Numbered from the stretch's first letter, positions 12,332 through 26,609 are shown. The stretch is DNA of 64,000 bases from Halocafeteria seosinensis (GCA_001687465.1 LVLI01000148.1:62001-126000), one strand, 5' to 3'. Translations and numbers: made by a program. Notes: generated from the letters alone by a model not told the origin.

Positions 12332-15300
12332 ATGGAAAATTCCTCTCCTGAGGAGCAAAAAGGGTATGGAGGGGCAGATCAAGGGGCCGCACAGGGGGAC
12401 GAAAACAGAAGGGACGTCGAGACTGCCCAGCCCGACTCATTTCAAACATCTTCGTCTTTGCAAGAGCAGAACCATGTTTCAAGCAGTTCGACCGAGCCTT
12501 CGGAAGCGGCGGAAGCTTCCACTACCGCGTCTGCCCTGGATGGAGATGCGAGACATGAGGCGCCAACACCTGAGCAACAAACTAAGCAAGACGATGATGG
12601 AGATGTGGAAATGAATAAGGAGGAACCCAAGGAGGAGAATGCTGCTTCGGCGGCTGCAACTTCTGTACAGAGCGCCACTGCGACGCAACATGCGGCTGCG
12701 GAGTCTCAGCAAACTCAGGCAAGTGCTGATAGTTCCCATGAACAAGGTTACCAAGAGCAACCGCAGCAGCAGCATCTGGCACCACAGCAACAGTCGTCAC
12801 AACAGCTTCCTTACTTTACTCAAATAACAGGGTATCCCCCGGATCCTGTTAGTAACCGAGGACAACAACCACAGGTGACGAAGGACACAGTCACGCAGGT
12901 TGGACAAAAATTGCTCAATTCTGTCCCTCATGGAAATTATGCACCACCTGTGCGAGCCGCTGAGCCTAATTTTAACAAGGTGCAATACATAGTGGACTGT
13001 CGCACGAAGGAAGATCAAGAATACTTTTGCTGCAAGCTGCAAGGCTGTAGTCATCTACATTTAAAGGTAAGCTTTTGCCGACCAATTCAGAGCGTTGGTC
13101 TAGTAGGTTTGGGAATCGTGTATCGTCGTTGTTGTCTGCAGTATTACACGAAGGATCAGATGCTCAAGCTGGATCCGTCGAACTCAGAAGCCTTAGCAAA
13201 ATATGACCAGGAACAACCTCCTGTGGAACAAACGTATCCTCCAGGATGTACTAAGGTGGCTGGGGTGTTTGCTCGTAGGTTCGTTTGTAGGTGTCTGAAT
13301 ATGGGGACGCCTCATCGTCCAGGGCAATTGAGATGGACAAGGCAGTACCTCATCCAATGGAAGAACCTTCCTCGGACTGAAGCAACATGGGAGGACGAGG
13401 AAGTTTTAATGCAAGATGAAGACAATGCCGCCGCAATTAGGTCGTTTGAGCAGAGCGGCAGAGCGGCCGTACTAACGACTCCTCCTCCAGAAGCTGTGAA
13501 GCAGCAGATCGTTCGTTGTATGGGCGGTAGCATTCGCCACTCCCAAAATCAGCCAGGTCAACAACAAGGCCCATCTGGAGCGAAACGGAATCCTTACGAA
13601 TCCAAGATAACTGATCCCTCAAACATATTCAAACAAGCGCTCATAGACACAATGGAGGCAACGGGTGCCAAGCACAGTCAGTTGCAGGACCTGGTAGCAA
13701 GCCCTCCTAATGCCATCTATCATTGGCTCTACGGCAAAGGTAGAATTGATGAGTTTGTCGAGAAGGTAAGCTATTGAAATTTGTAACGTGGATTAATTCG
13801 GTGTGTCGATATGTAAGTTGTGTCGGTTGTTGGCTTGTTTCTCGCAGGGATTGAAAGATTGGCTAGCACGGAAGTGTCCCGAACGATGGTCCTCCCATCT
13901 AAGCGAAGTAAATAACACAGTTCCTAACAGTAGGGACCGGTACAGTGAAGAACGATTGCTTTTGCGTCGGTACCTTGGTTTATGTTATGACAAACTTCCG
14001 ATGACCGATGGCAGCTACTCTGACAAAGGAGACATAGACAATATTGCGGAGCAACTCTTTACGTCTGAGGAAGATTTAGATTCCTTCATCCCGCCGGAAA
14101 AGGAAGTCTTAGGCCGTCAAATAGATCTAGGAAGAGTCAACGCGGGACGACACTTAGAATCATATGCGGTTGTCCCCAATGAGGCTCTTAACCAACTGTT
14201 CGACGGAATAGAGGATTCCCTGTTGGAACCTGACTCTGAATCTTTGAAGAAGCTCAAGAACCAGTTAATGGAGGGTGACCCCTACAGACCGGGAGCTGAC
14301 AGTGGGATGTTCTCGCATGGTAGAATTGGTGGTGCACAATACAGTGCTCCAAACAACGTCTACACGTCGCAAATACAAGAGGAAACCAAAGACACCGAAA
14401 AGGAAGAACCTGTGAAGGAGGAAGAGGGGAAGGATGAAAGCAAAGAGCACCCCGGCTCCTCCATTGAGGCCGAGACGAACCAATATCAGCAGCAACTTCT
14501 GGCCTTAAGCCACCTCAACGAAGAAGAACGGGAGGGTATCCGAGCGGACCCAACTATTATAGAGAAGCGAAAGCATATCGAGTTGATGCTATACCACTTT
14601 CACGTCGCAAAAGAGACGGCGATGAAATTAAACTTCAAGAAATCGGAAAATGGGGTTCCACCCGAGTTACAAAAATTGATGCATTTGGAACGAACACCTC
14701 CCGTTGTCTTGGTACCAACTTCTGGTCCACAGCCCTATTATGAGTTTGAGGATGCCCCGGGATCAGATAAGAATCCATATACCATACCTCGAGGGAACGA
14801 ACTGTCATCCAGATTGCTGGAGGGACCGGAAGGAATGCCTGCGGCATCCTCCACCTCTATATACTTGGGAGGAAATTGGTTTCCGCGAGGATTAAGTCGA
14901 GGGGCCTTCGTTCGCAGCTACTGGAAGAAGCAAGGACTTGAGAGATCCAAGAGTCAGAGCGAAGCTAACGAACAATTGGATGCGCTTTGGAGAGTCTACG
15001 TCCAGCTGGATGGTCGTACCCGTGATTCAACGATATGGAATCCACAGCCTGGACAGAGCTTAGACAAGTTAAAGCACTACTGTAGCAACGCCGTCGAGGG
15101 AAAAGACATGGAAATGAAGCAGGCGTTAATTTCTGAGTGTGATGATTATTTAGATTATCTTTTTAGCAAATGGCGCTCTCTAGTGCAGCAATTTCCTGAA
15201 AACTTTGCTAATCGTCTTCGCCAAGATGCCAAGAATCAGATCCAGCAACTTTTTTATGAACTTGAGAAGAAGTGGTACAGCCGACACCAACCCCCGCCTG

Positions 15301-15620
15301 ACACTGCGAGCCAATACACAGGGGTGACACAACTCCCAAGTGGACTTTTCCAAGCTCAGATTTACAAGCCTCAAGAATTGAAAAATGTTTCGTTGGGAAC
15401 CTTCCGAACAGCTGAAGAAGCTGCACAAGCTTACAACTCAGCAGCCAAGTCAGTGGGACTCGCAGCCCTGAATGATGTTCCCTCCGAGACAGGCGGTTCA
15501 GATTCTCAAGGTCAGGAGTCAACAGCTGTCGGTAAAGCAACTGAGAATGCTACTGAGGCAGCCACCGATGGTGCTGCTGCTCCTGCGCAAGTACCAGCAG
15601 AGTCAACGACCGAGCAGTAA
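12332..15620 (+). CDS. Protein with tandem chromodomain-like motifs and a C-terminal AP2/ERF-type DNA-binding domain; introns 13067-13141 and 13766-13847
   Basis: Chromo-like segments VQYIVDCR..EYFCCKLQGCSHLHL and QYLIQWKNLPRTEATWEDE. AP2-like segment SQYTGVTQLPSGLFQAQIY...VSLGTFRTAEEAAQAYNSAA. Splice junctions are in phase. Confidence 0.8.
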
Positions 15621-16145
15621 GATGTTGTAGCCTACACCTTGTAGGCTATTTCTAAGCCACTGTGCGTGCGGGCTGTATCACCTTGACAATATCAGACATA
15701 CTCTTTTTTTTTTCCCCCCTTTTTTTTCTCTCACTGTTGTCTTGAATAGCACAAACATATCCATGTGTAAGACACTAATACCATCGTTTTCGGCGATTTT
15801 TCGTCCCCCAGCGCTGGGGCGCCAAAACAAGGCGCGTCGGCAGAGTGGACGTTAACAGCAGCAGAACCCGCCAGTTGTGTGCTCCGCCGACGTTGATAGA
15901 TTTTTCCATCTGTGTTTGTTCGAGAGTGCGTATACGGGAGGCATCCAACCTGTCTGCGTGTACTTGAAGAAGCGACAGCAACCTTCCCATCTGTCCATCC
16001 GGATATTCGTGGGAAGCCTAACGGCGGACACTTTGTGGACTAGAGACGTGTAGTGTATTACACCCCTCCCCTCTTTCGGCGCCAGTGTTAGCAACCAGGT
16101 GAACCAGCTACAGAGACGTGCACACGACACGAGCAGAGGCGAAAA

Positions 16146-17612
16146 ATGAACTATACGGGACAGATCCAAGATGGGGCCATGCATGGCCAAGGGACCCTCA
16201 TCTACCCCAATGGGGAGCGATATGAAGGACAGTGGAACTTTGGGAAGCGAGAGGGTTTCGGCACCTACTACTACTTGGACGGTGGGCGTTATGAAGGCGA
16301 ATGGGTGGATGATAAGATACATGGCAAAGGCAAATCGGTATATGCCAATGGGAACGTGTATGAAGGAGAGGTACGTATCTAACGCTTCCTTCTGCTGTCA
16401 GGGTATTCTCCCGTTTAACCCCCTTGTTTTGGGTCCAATACAGTGGGATAATGGACGCATTAATGGCTATGGTACTCTGACCTATGCCGACGGAGACAGG
16501 TGTGTAATAACTCGCGCCATACAGTTTTGTGCGCGCGGCTATCGGTAGTGACCCCTATCTTACGGTATCCTCGTCCTGTTCCACAGATACACGGGACAAT
16601 GGGTCGATGGAAAGATGCATGGACAAGGAACTTACGTGTACGCTGATGGAGACAAGTACGAAGGTGAATGGAAAGACGATAAGGTAAGGTCCCATCGTTT
16701 TAGGAGAGAGCCCTCGCTCGATCGTATGGACGTTTATTTTGAGTCCGGACGGTATCCTTCTTCTGCAGCGCCATGGGAAAGGTACAGTCACATACCGCGG
16801 AGATGATGGAAATATTCTCGAAAAATACGAGGTAAGATAGTGATGAGAACACTGAGAAGCAATGAAAATTGTAATGACAGCGTAACACTTCTTTTGCAGG
16901 GTGACTGGTTTGAAGGAAAGATGCATGGCATGGGGCGCTATATTTACGCTGATGGAGGGGTTTATGAAGGACAGTGGGTAGACAGTAAGATGCACGGCAA
17001 AGGTGTTTATACCTTTCCCAACGGAAACAAATACGATGGAGAGTGGGTAGAAGATGTCAAGGAGGGCTTTGGCGTCCTGACTTATGTAAACGGCGAAAGA
17101 TACGAAGGTTATTGGAAAAACGATAAAGCCCATGGCAAGGGTGTCTTGGTCTATAGTCACGGCGATAAGTACAATGGTGAATGGGTTGCCGGCAAGAAGC
17201 ATGGGGAAGGTGAACTCCATTACGCTAATGGCGATGTGTTCCGGGGACAATGGGATAATGACCATGCTCACGGTCAGGGAGTACTGCAGTATGCCAATGG
17301 CAATATTTATGAGGGAGAATGGAGGGATGACCGAGTAAGTTCCTTCCATTTTTGTTTCGAGAAACAGCCATTGCTTTTGCATAATCATAAATGCTTCTTT
17401 ATTTGCAGAGACATGGATTTGGAACATTCACATGTGCATCCGATAATTACGTCTATGAGGGCGAATGGCTGCATGGGCGGAAGCATGGTCGTGGTGCTAT
17501 TTTCCTACCTAACGGCGATAGGTTTACTGGAATGTTCAAAGACGGTAAGATGGATGGCCCTGTGGAATACGAGTTTGCTGAAGATAGCCCATGGACGAAT
17601 CCGGACTTGTAA
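16146..17612 (+). CDS. MORN-repeat protein; 6 exons (introns 16371-16443, 16500-16586, 16684-16768, 16832-16899, 17335-17408)
   Basis: Many tandem YEGxWxxGKxHGxGxxxYxxG repeats; all junctions are frame-consistent. Confidence 0.93.
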
Positions 17613-17635
17613 AGCTACGAGTACATGTGTATATG

Positions 17636-18779
17636 TTAGTGTTTCAGCATGCTCTTTCTAGGAGGAAGGTTGTTCTTCTTCCTTTTTAGATAGTGATATG
17701 CTACTCCTGCGGCTGTGCCTCCTAGATGTGCAACCCCGTCAATCATCCCGCGTCTCCGTAGTTGTAGAATGGCAAATACAATGTTAATCGCCGTCGACAC
17801 GTACAGTGTCGTCGTTGCGTCTAACCTAATGACGAACATTATCTCAATAACAGAATCAGGGTGCTCCAACCAATGGTACGCTAGGATTCCAAACAGTGCT
17901 CCGGAGGCACCAAGAGAGTTAACTGCAATCAAAGATGAACTATACAGTCCCGCAAATTTTTCTTGTACACCAAAATTGTCACACGAACCTCCAGTTCTTG
18001 TAGCAATGTTGAATGCTAAACTTGACAGATTTCCTGCTAGCCCTGCAACGTGGTAGAACGCTAGCATTTCCCATACACTCATCTTCATGCGGCCGCGAGT
18101 GAATCCCCGGTTGCCGTCGATCAAATGAGGGAGAAAGTTATACATTCCAAACATATTGAAAAATAAATGGGCCGCCCCAGCATGAGAGTACCTGTAACCA
18201 TAAAATTTCGTTAGGTGAGCCCCAAGCGGATAACTCTCGTAGTTTCCACGGGATACGGGACATACATGGAAGTGAGTAACGTGTGCCATCGTCCCGACCG
18301 AAAATGTCCAACTGAAGTGAGGAAATGCTTGGACATGAACTGTAGCACCGCTGGTTTGTAATTGGCCACTCTCCAGGCTCCAAAGATGGCTAAGTTGGGG
18401 ATAAAGAGTCCCACAAACGTCTGCACCGGTGCATCGAAAATACAAGGTTATGCTCTTCAAGCGCCATAAATAAGTTCTATAGCAAATAACTCACGAGTTT
18501 TCCGGGAGATCCTGCTCCTGGTGCATTCTGCTTCCTAATGTCTCCTACCAAGTCGTTGAGGATAACCTCAGGGCCACTTCCTGAGCCTCCTGTATGAGAG
18601 TTTCTCTCCCGTAATGGATCGAGAATTGCTCGACTGACCGGTGTTGGCGCATGTATATGCTCCTTGCAACGAGCATGATGACGGAAATACAAGTAGCCGC
18701 CTAAACCTGTGGTGAATAGCCCTACCGCCTTCGTCGTGGGGTGAGTGGTAAGTCGTCTCAGAGACGAATAGGACCACAT
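17636..18779 (-). CDS. Rhomboid-family intramembrane serine protease (PARL/Pcp1-like, probably mitochondrial); multi-exon
   Basis: Motifs [33 protein letters not shown] (catalytic Ser) and AHLGG (catalytic His). The N-terminus [13 protein letters not shown] is presequence-like. Confidence 0.9.
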
Positions 18780-18893
18780 ACTCGCGTATTGTTTTCTAGT
18801 GTTATTGTGTATCAGACAAAAATATTCTGATCTAGCCTAGTACCTACCCATTACCATCATGTAACAACACTGTGAAAGAAGTCTAGTGAAACT

Positions 18894-21072
18894 TCAATCA
18901 AAGGGATTACGGTTAGCATCGCCACCAAGGTCAATCTGCGGTGGTTGGTAATTGTCCCCTCGTAGCACCGAGGAAGACTGCCCACCGGCGGCTGCACTAG
19001 CAAGTCCTTCCCCGTCAGTGATCGAGGAAGCATCGTCGGAGTCCTCTGTCTCATTCTCAACACTGGCCAGTCTTAGTCCAAAGAACCCAAGGCGCAAAGC
19101 AGAAGTCTGGAGTCCAAATGTTCTGCGAGCCTTCTTGATAAAAGCGCGGCCATCTTTCATCTGTTTCTGATGCTCAGGATTCTTTATATTAGGAGGTTCC
19201 ATCTGGTCAATGCGCAACATTCGGAGTAGCTTCTCGAAGGCATTGAACGCTGTTGCCGCACATAGGATAAGCAAGACCAGGGGCAGATAATTGTCCACTT
19301 GAGAGAGCGCCATATCTGAACCTACGGATCTGCATGTCCCACAAATGATATTTGCGCGCTCTAAACAACATTTTAGGAAGAGTCAAAAACACCAGGACTG
19401 TCTCTCACCTTGAGAAACTCGTATCGTATGGGATGCTGAGGAGATTCAGAAAATTGAAAGCCACAGAGAATTGCAACCGGCATGCGTAACAAGCGTTGAA
19501 CATTAGGCTGCAGAAGCACAACGAAACGCATATTTATAATTGACAACAAGGTCTTAATGTGGACGGGCAAACGTACCTGTACGCATCTGTGTGATGCCTG
19601 CTAGCCAACTCTACTGTACCGAACAGGTTAATCCGAAAGAGAGAGAAATACACACAGACGCATATATATATCAGCGGTATCAGGGCCAAAAAGTGCTTCC
19701 CGATAACGTCTTTGGCAGCGTCCACAACGAGTCCTAACACTGATATATTCGCTCCAAGAGCATTATTGAGTGGGATGGATACCTCGCCCCACAATACGAG
19801 TGCTGAAAGTATAGCACTTGCAACGGCTGCCATACGGTACCACGTCGACGAAAATTTGAAGTGCCACCAGACTACGAAACGTTGCCACATTCTCCAAAAC
19901 CAGTTGGAACTATCGCTTTCAAGCAGGATGTGCTCCATCCCCTTCTGATCTACAACAGCTAAAGCTTCTTCGTCTTCCGCTGCTTCTGCGGATTCTCCCG
20001 CGCTGCCCCTTTCGGTCATTATCAGATCATAGTACATCGACTTCTCCACAAGCGACCTCCATCTCCAGGAGGCCTTTATGTATAGAGCTTTGGCTGCTTT
20101 CAAGCGCGCATGCACACTGGCTAGTTCTTCTGTTGTAGGCACGTCAGAGGACGATCCGCGTCGATGCTTGGCTTTCCCCTGTAATCCGCTGCTACCTAAA
20201 CTCCATCCCTTAGATTCATTCTTCCTAGGAGAATTGCCGCTACGGTTTGTATCATCCGTACGACCATGCAGCAGATGCTCGCATTCATTGTAAAGAGAGT
20301 AGATCGACTGTGCAATATAATTTTCTTCTTCCATAGCCGTAGTTATTCTATCTGCGGTGCTCTTTGCTTCTTGCATTGCATCACGTAAGTCACATTTCGC
20401 ATCGAAACACTCCGCGTCGACTTCGACAGCATAGTACTGAATACGGTGCATTTCAGTGACGGGATCTGCAGACCTCCAAAGCTTCCTTGGCACTTCTATG
20501 AGTCCATATCCAAGTAGTAGAAGTATTAAGACGAGTCCGTACAAGTTGGCCACGGAGAGCGCGATACTCGGTAACTCAGAGATCTTCCGATCTGAGGTAG
20601 TCAATACAATCACCACGACAATGGCAATGGCGACTCCACAAAGAATATAAAATTTCAAGTTCGCTTTCAAACTGTCAATACACCTTCGCTTCCACCTCGA
20701 GTAGCCACTCGCGAAGAACTCCATTTGAAGTGGAAGTGCCACCCATGACAGCAAGAACGTGATCCAATAGATAGCTCTCCATCCTCTGCAATGAAGGAAG
20801 AGATATAGATGAAGTCAAACATCCCTTCACTCGATGAAATGAACAATGCCGCACCTTTCTGAGGAAGCGATGGGCTCGACTGCATAGCTCCTGGCTAAAT
20901 CGGAGGCAATGAAAATAGTCCCAAAGAACCCAAAATACCACGCCGTGAAGACCGAAGTCAAGTACATGTAGTGCGTCTTTTTGTACGCATACTGGAAGAG
21001 CAGCCCCCCTGTGATCAAAAACAAACCGATGGCCTCCAACGTGGTTATGGGGATCAGCGCATCGGCCCCCAT
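18894..21072 (-). CDS. LMBR1-domain membrane protein (LMBRD2-like); multi-exon
   Basis: Motifs LSWVALPLQMEFFASG, NLYGLVLILLLLGYGLIEVPRKLW, LSALVLWGE and YLPLVLLILCAATAFN, with multiple TM segments. Confidence 0.88.
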
Positions 21073-21460
21073 TGTACGTTAATAATGGCGAGGAATAGCT
21101 GAGCTCAATGGAGCCTATTCTAAAGCTTGCATGCCCTCTATAGGAACCCTTTCCCTTGGACCACGATACCACAGCTTAAGACTCCACTATGGGACCGATC
21201 TTATGATGCCATCTGACGGAAACAATACCTGTGTTATACGCTGTAGTTTATAGGGTTGTACCTGGTAAGCGCTGGATGCATATCTTCAACTTGTTGGGTG
21301 GAATTGTAATTGGAAGGGGGTACAACAACCCGGAAGGGTTTGGCAGGACATTCTCAAGCAAAACTTGGTTCTTCCAACGAAACCACTACTGTAGACATAC
21401 AGAAGCATGAAACTCGCGTGCTATTAATTTGATTCTGCTATTGGCAACCAGCAAGCAAAA

Positions 21461-24400
21461 CTACTTGGAAGAAACTCGACGCCTAACTTGTGTCAAGACC
21501 CGTGGAGGCGTTTGCCCTCGAGCCCACTGTTGCCGTTCCTCTTCACTCCATTTTTGGGAAATTTCTGTTTCCGAAACAACATCTTGACCATCTGGTTTTC
21601 TACCAGCTTCTTTGGTACCATCTGAAATCATGATCCAGTGTGGGTCATCGCCGTCCAGTTTGTACACCGGCGCAATAACTGGTTCTACCCAATCACCAGC
21701 ATGATGATCCCACATACGCAAGGCTGGCCAATCTTTCATTTGCACTCCAACTTCTAACCATCCAGGTATGATGCCTCCGCCTATCTCGGGCATCTCAGGT
21801 CTCAAAACACGCTGTGCGCAACATAACCATATGAGAAAAACTGCAGCAACTCGAAGTTGCAGGGCTACTTACTTGCATGATTTTAGCTTTTGTCATCATC
21901 GAGGCAAATGACTGATAGAAAAATACTGACTTGACATACATCAAGCTTTGTAATGTTACGCCCGAGATATTAACCAAGGGTGAGTTCGTTTGCCGAAACA
22001 GGAAGCCACTGCAGTAAGGGACACACAAAGAACGTACCAAATTGTCATGTCAGCTTTCTTAACACTAGAATATGCTTACAATGTCGCTGAGTTGTCCCAC
22101 TTAGAATAAGCAGCTTCAGCGTGTTGCGAAGCCTCCAAGGCAACTTGGCTATTTGAAGCATTGGACTTCCAAGGCCGTGCCTCGCGCAGAGGATACACCA
22201 GGGGAAGTCGATGTCCGCCAACTATCGAAGCTCGACCATCGACTGCACGTTCATACAAATGCCTACCACCAACTAGCATGTACCTGCAGGTACACAGTAA
22301 AAGATAATTCACGCTCAGCACTTTCAGAGTGTTTAAAACGTGACGTACCAATCTGAAAACAGGCTCACGCGGAAAGCATTCGGCATAAACGAAGCTTCCG
22401 ACGGCGGACCGCTAGTGGGGGAGTCAATTACGGTGGGGAGAAATCGATACAAACTCTCCCAATCTTTACCGGGCGACGCAAACGCTTTCTTCGCCTCATC
22501 AACCGTTTGGCTGTGGGGTCTATTGGCAACGTACGCTCGCCATCTTTCGCCTCCAAAGTCATCATCTGTCACTAGTCGTTCACGTCCCTCTTGAGCTTCG
22601 ATTCGTAACGCATCATCGTTCCAAACGGGGTCATTTTCAACACTTCTTTCTGAATTCGCTCGCTGATATTGTACATCCGCTTCTACTTCCTTTCTCACTT
22701 GATCCTGCGTATACGAAATTGGGTTACCGTACGACTAGATACTGACAGAAGCAAACCACTTGAGAACTCACACTAGTGGGAGGTGGTCGATGAAGAAGAA
22801 ATTCATGTTTGGCTCGAAGAGGAGATGCCATTCTACTGAAGTTGTTCTCAATTCTAAAGAGATCCTCACGAGAATAGCAAGTGTCCACAGCCCGCCACTG
22901 CAGAACTTGTCAAACTGTATTTACGAGTTGCGGGCGCGATAGAGCGTAACATGCGAGACTTACCACGTGCGGCAGAGTTGCCCAGTTAAACATTTTAGCA
23001 GCGTGAGCAGGGTCTAGTGGCCCCTCCACTCGAACTGGAAGCTCTTCCGGCAACTCAATGTCCGGCAGCACCTCTCTCGGATCGGGGAATTCTTGATCGC
23101 GAGATTGGTTACTTTGGCCATTCTGGCCTTTGCGCTTTTTCGACAAGGAGTTACTTCTCTTGCGGGGTGATACTTCGACTTCCGTTAAACCATTCAAAGC
23201 GACATCGAATGCCTGCTCCCGTATGAAAGTAATGAAGTCCCATACCTCTTCATATTCCTCTTCGGTAACCCCTCCAGAAGTCCATTGCATCGATTCTCTC
23301 GCAATCATATGGTCAGGATGAAACCGCTCTGGATCAACAAGCCAGTCATCCCAAATTGCTTTGGTGTCATCTATAGTAAGGGCGGGCAAATGAGTACCAC
23401 CTCTGATGACGTCCCAGTACTCGCCAGTGCGCAAAGCCGTTCCCAATTCTTTAGGTTTGTAGCAGTAAAACGACACCCTAACATACTTCGGGGGGCAGTT
23501 TGGATCAGGGAAAGGATCATTCCAAAAAATGTTATAAGCATCTGAGTTGCTACCTTCCAGCAGTTTTGCCTGCAGCCGTCTCCAAGGACCTGAGCGAGAA
23601 AACGTCAAAGGATCTCCGGAGCCCACGCTGGAGTTGAATCCATGTCCATCACTCCCAAAAGACTCGTAAAAGATTGCATGGTCAACTCGGGGATGGTGAG
23701 GTGCTACGAACACAGGTTTGCTCTTTGAGTCGTTGATCATGTAGGGAAGATGGAACTGCCTCCACACCTCCCCATCAAAACTCCCTTCAAATATAGGGCA
23801 CCATCTTCTGGGTGGCGATGAATTCGGTGGAAATACGCCATACGCGTGATTGAGGCGAAAGGCAGTTATTAGCCGCAGATATGCAAAGAACGGATTCCAT
23901 ATTGTACTGGGGCTAAGCTTGCGTAGTCCCGGCCAATAATGCCACCCAATAGCACACCAACTGTTGAGCGCAATGTTCACGGAGGCAGGGATCGTGATGA
24001 ACAGGAAGAATGCAAGTAGTAATAAGTCGTTCCAGGAGCCGTCAAAAGGGACAGTAGGACTCTCACTTCCCCTTCCAAGCAGTAAATTCCCCGAAGAATG
24101 ACAGAAGCTGTAAAGTGCAAGTAATATCGCTTCAGTCCCATGCTGGAGGATAGCCGGGAGGGAGTCAAGAGCAGCCCTGAGCCAATGCAGTAGGTGCGCT
24201 CTATTAGTGGAGATGAAAGCAGGAAGGGTAAATCCGTTGGATCCTAGAGCACTACTCGCCATTTGTAAGTAAGGAAACAAATCTGTCCCATGGTCAAATG
24301 CACCGATACAAAGAACCGACGTCAGCAAGTTGAAATACCCGAAATTGCCCGTAGACTGCAAGCACAACAACCAATTAGACAAAATAGCATAGCACTCCTT

Positions 24401-25941
24401 TTTTAGTTCCATTGGAGATCCAGTCTTAACTCACTTGGATGCCGATCTGGAGACAAAAAGTTCCGATTGCCGCAATAATTCTAGCCCATCCACTGAACAA
24501 GAACAGAAATGGGGCGGGCATTTCAGATACCCACATGAGCTTCAGAGACAGTACGTGGACGAAATCGGGAAGATAGTACCCTGCACAGAAACAAGGCCGT
24601 CACACTGAGCCAGTTGCAACATCAGCTCGAAAAACTGTTGCCTTACCAAGAAATCCCAGAGGAGACGTCATTGGCATGTTGATGTAGAAGTATTTGACAT
24701 AGAGATCATCCTTTTTCAATGTATCCACAAACTGCATTCCAAGACAACGCACGTCGGACAACAACACAACTGAGTTCCAGCTGAAATGAACAAACCTTGA
24801 GTTTACCAAACCCGAACATGAGGCGAAACAGCAAGTATCGGAACATGAACACCATTAAGCCATTCGGAGCGACGTCGGTGGATAGCCCTTCTTGCCAGTT
24901 CTCTGCCGCATCACTTCCAAAGATTGACAAAGGCATGCAGTTCAAACGCGGCAAAAACAGCGCTAATACACCCGATTCCATGATAAGACAATCCCACGGA
25001 TACAGCATTCCAACAACCTGATAGTGGAAAAATGAGGCGATACGAGTAATAACCAATCAGAGACACGTCATCATATCGCAAGATACTCACTTTATCCGTA
25101 TTTAAAGCCATTATCCAAGTAAAGGCCAAAAGCACGGGGGAAGTAAGCCCCATTGTAGGAACGCCTCCAACGATAACCAATGCTGCACTTAATGCTCCCA
25201 TCAAAGGCACCAGACGCAGCAAGACGTTCCCGTTAGCGAACCAGAAGAACGTCGGAATACTGATAAATCTTTGCCACGACGGCCAGATCTGTTGATCAAA
25301 GACAGAAACTAATACCGCTAATACAGCTTTACTGCAACCGCATCACTTGTCCACATACTCTTGATAAATGTGCAAATTTCTTGCAGCATGGATCATATCC
25401 ATCACTTCCATGCATAGGAACTATCTGCGAAACAAAAAGTAAAACAGCCCAGCATTACAGAAAAATACGTTGACTGTATGTACCCACCTGCGTTACGAGA
25501 GGTAGCAGCGAGACAATCCATACACCAGCTAAGCCGCGGATCATGATACCCCAGATCAGTCTCCGTCCATGCTCAGTCGCGCAGAAGTCGTAGAACCATT
25601 GCAGGTTCTCAATACATCTTGGAACTACTGAACCGTAGCCTTCGAACATTTTAGAGTTGAAAAAACTATCCGCAGTACCAGCTTCAGTGTCTTCAGCGGC
25701 AACAGAGTACACCGCTGAGAGCAACGTCCAGATGACACCTGAGGTATCCAAGAAGAATTCTTCCGATATAATTCTGGACTCATGCTTCTATGTTAAGAAA
25801 TTGCGTACCTGAGAAGAGCAAAAAGGCCCCAGAAATAATGAACGTGGATCCCCACATAGGAATGCGGGGTCCCCGTTGCTCCTGATCCTCTGGATACAGA
25901 GATTCATCGGACCGAGCTGCGGAAGTAGTTTTCATAGGCAT
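21461..25941 (-). CDS. Lipase maturation factor (LMF)-family membrane protein with a long C-terminal extension; many exons, ends approximate
   Basis: Motifs YPWDCLIMESG, FRYLLFRLMFGFGKLK, TGNFGYFNLLT, NHAYGVFP, IFEGSFDGEVW, APHHPRVD, LQAKLLEG and DPFPDPNCPPKYVRVSFY match the LMF1 signature. Downstream ORF fragments are linked by GT-AG introns. Confidence 0.82.
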
Positions 25942-26609
25942 TTTTCTGCACACAGAGAGCAAGACAAAGCATTGAGCAGGATAAATTCATCCTTTCCAAC
26001 ATTTTAACGCGAATTTGAGAGGGGAGACGATGGACAATGGAGCAGCATGGAGCAAATGTACAGCCAGTAATACGGGCATAAACATCTGTTATAGACTCCC
26101 ATTTTGACCTCTGTTTCAGAGAGAAAAAGTATTCCCTTTACTATGCACACAAGCGGGGCGCAAATAGAGACTCTTAGTTCCCTCGAAGAGAGGAAAAGGA
26201 GGATGTGTACGATAGGATACGAAACAAATATCTTACGTCTGTGTTTGCATCACAAAGATTCACTCGATTTCACGCTTTCTAGCCACCCTCAGTGACTATC
26301 TTGTCCACGGGCGCAAAGCTCTTTCAGCGCACGACGAAATTTTTGAAGGCCAGCATGTACAACACACCTAGAAAAGCGCTCTCAAGGGCCACACGTCACA
26401 TGGTGGACCTGCTTGGTCTTCCTCTGTCCAAAGCTGTCAATCATTTCGTCTACTTGACGAAACGGGGAAGCAGGCAGTCTATTGGGGTTGATACTCGCTT
26501 ACTTTATTCACTCGACAACTCACGGAGGGGATATCTGCATACCATTAGTGTGCGCTTAATGTGGTAATGTTAAATGGGTCGATAAGCTAGCGTTGTTGAA
26601 GTTGGCCGG

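Noticed and set aside
16555..17427. 290-aa hydrophobic minus-strand ORF
   Set aside because: It is an antisense shadow of the MORN repeats.
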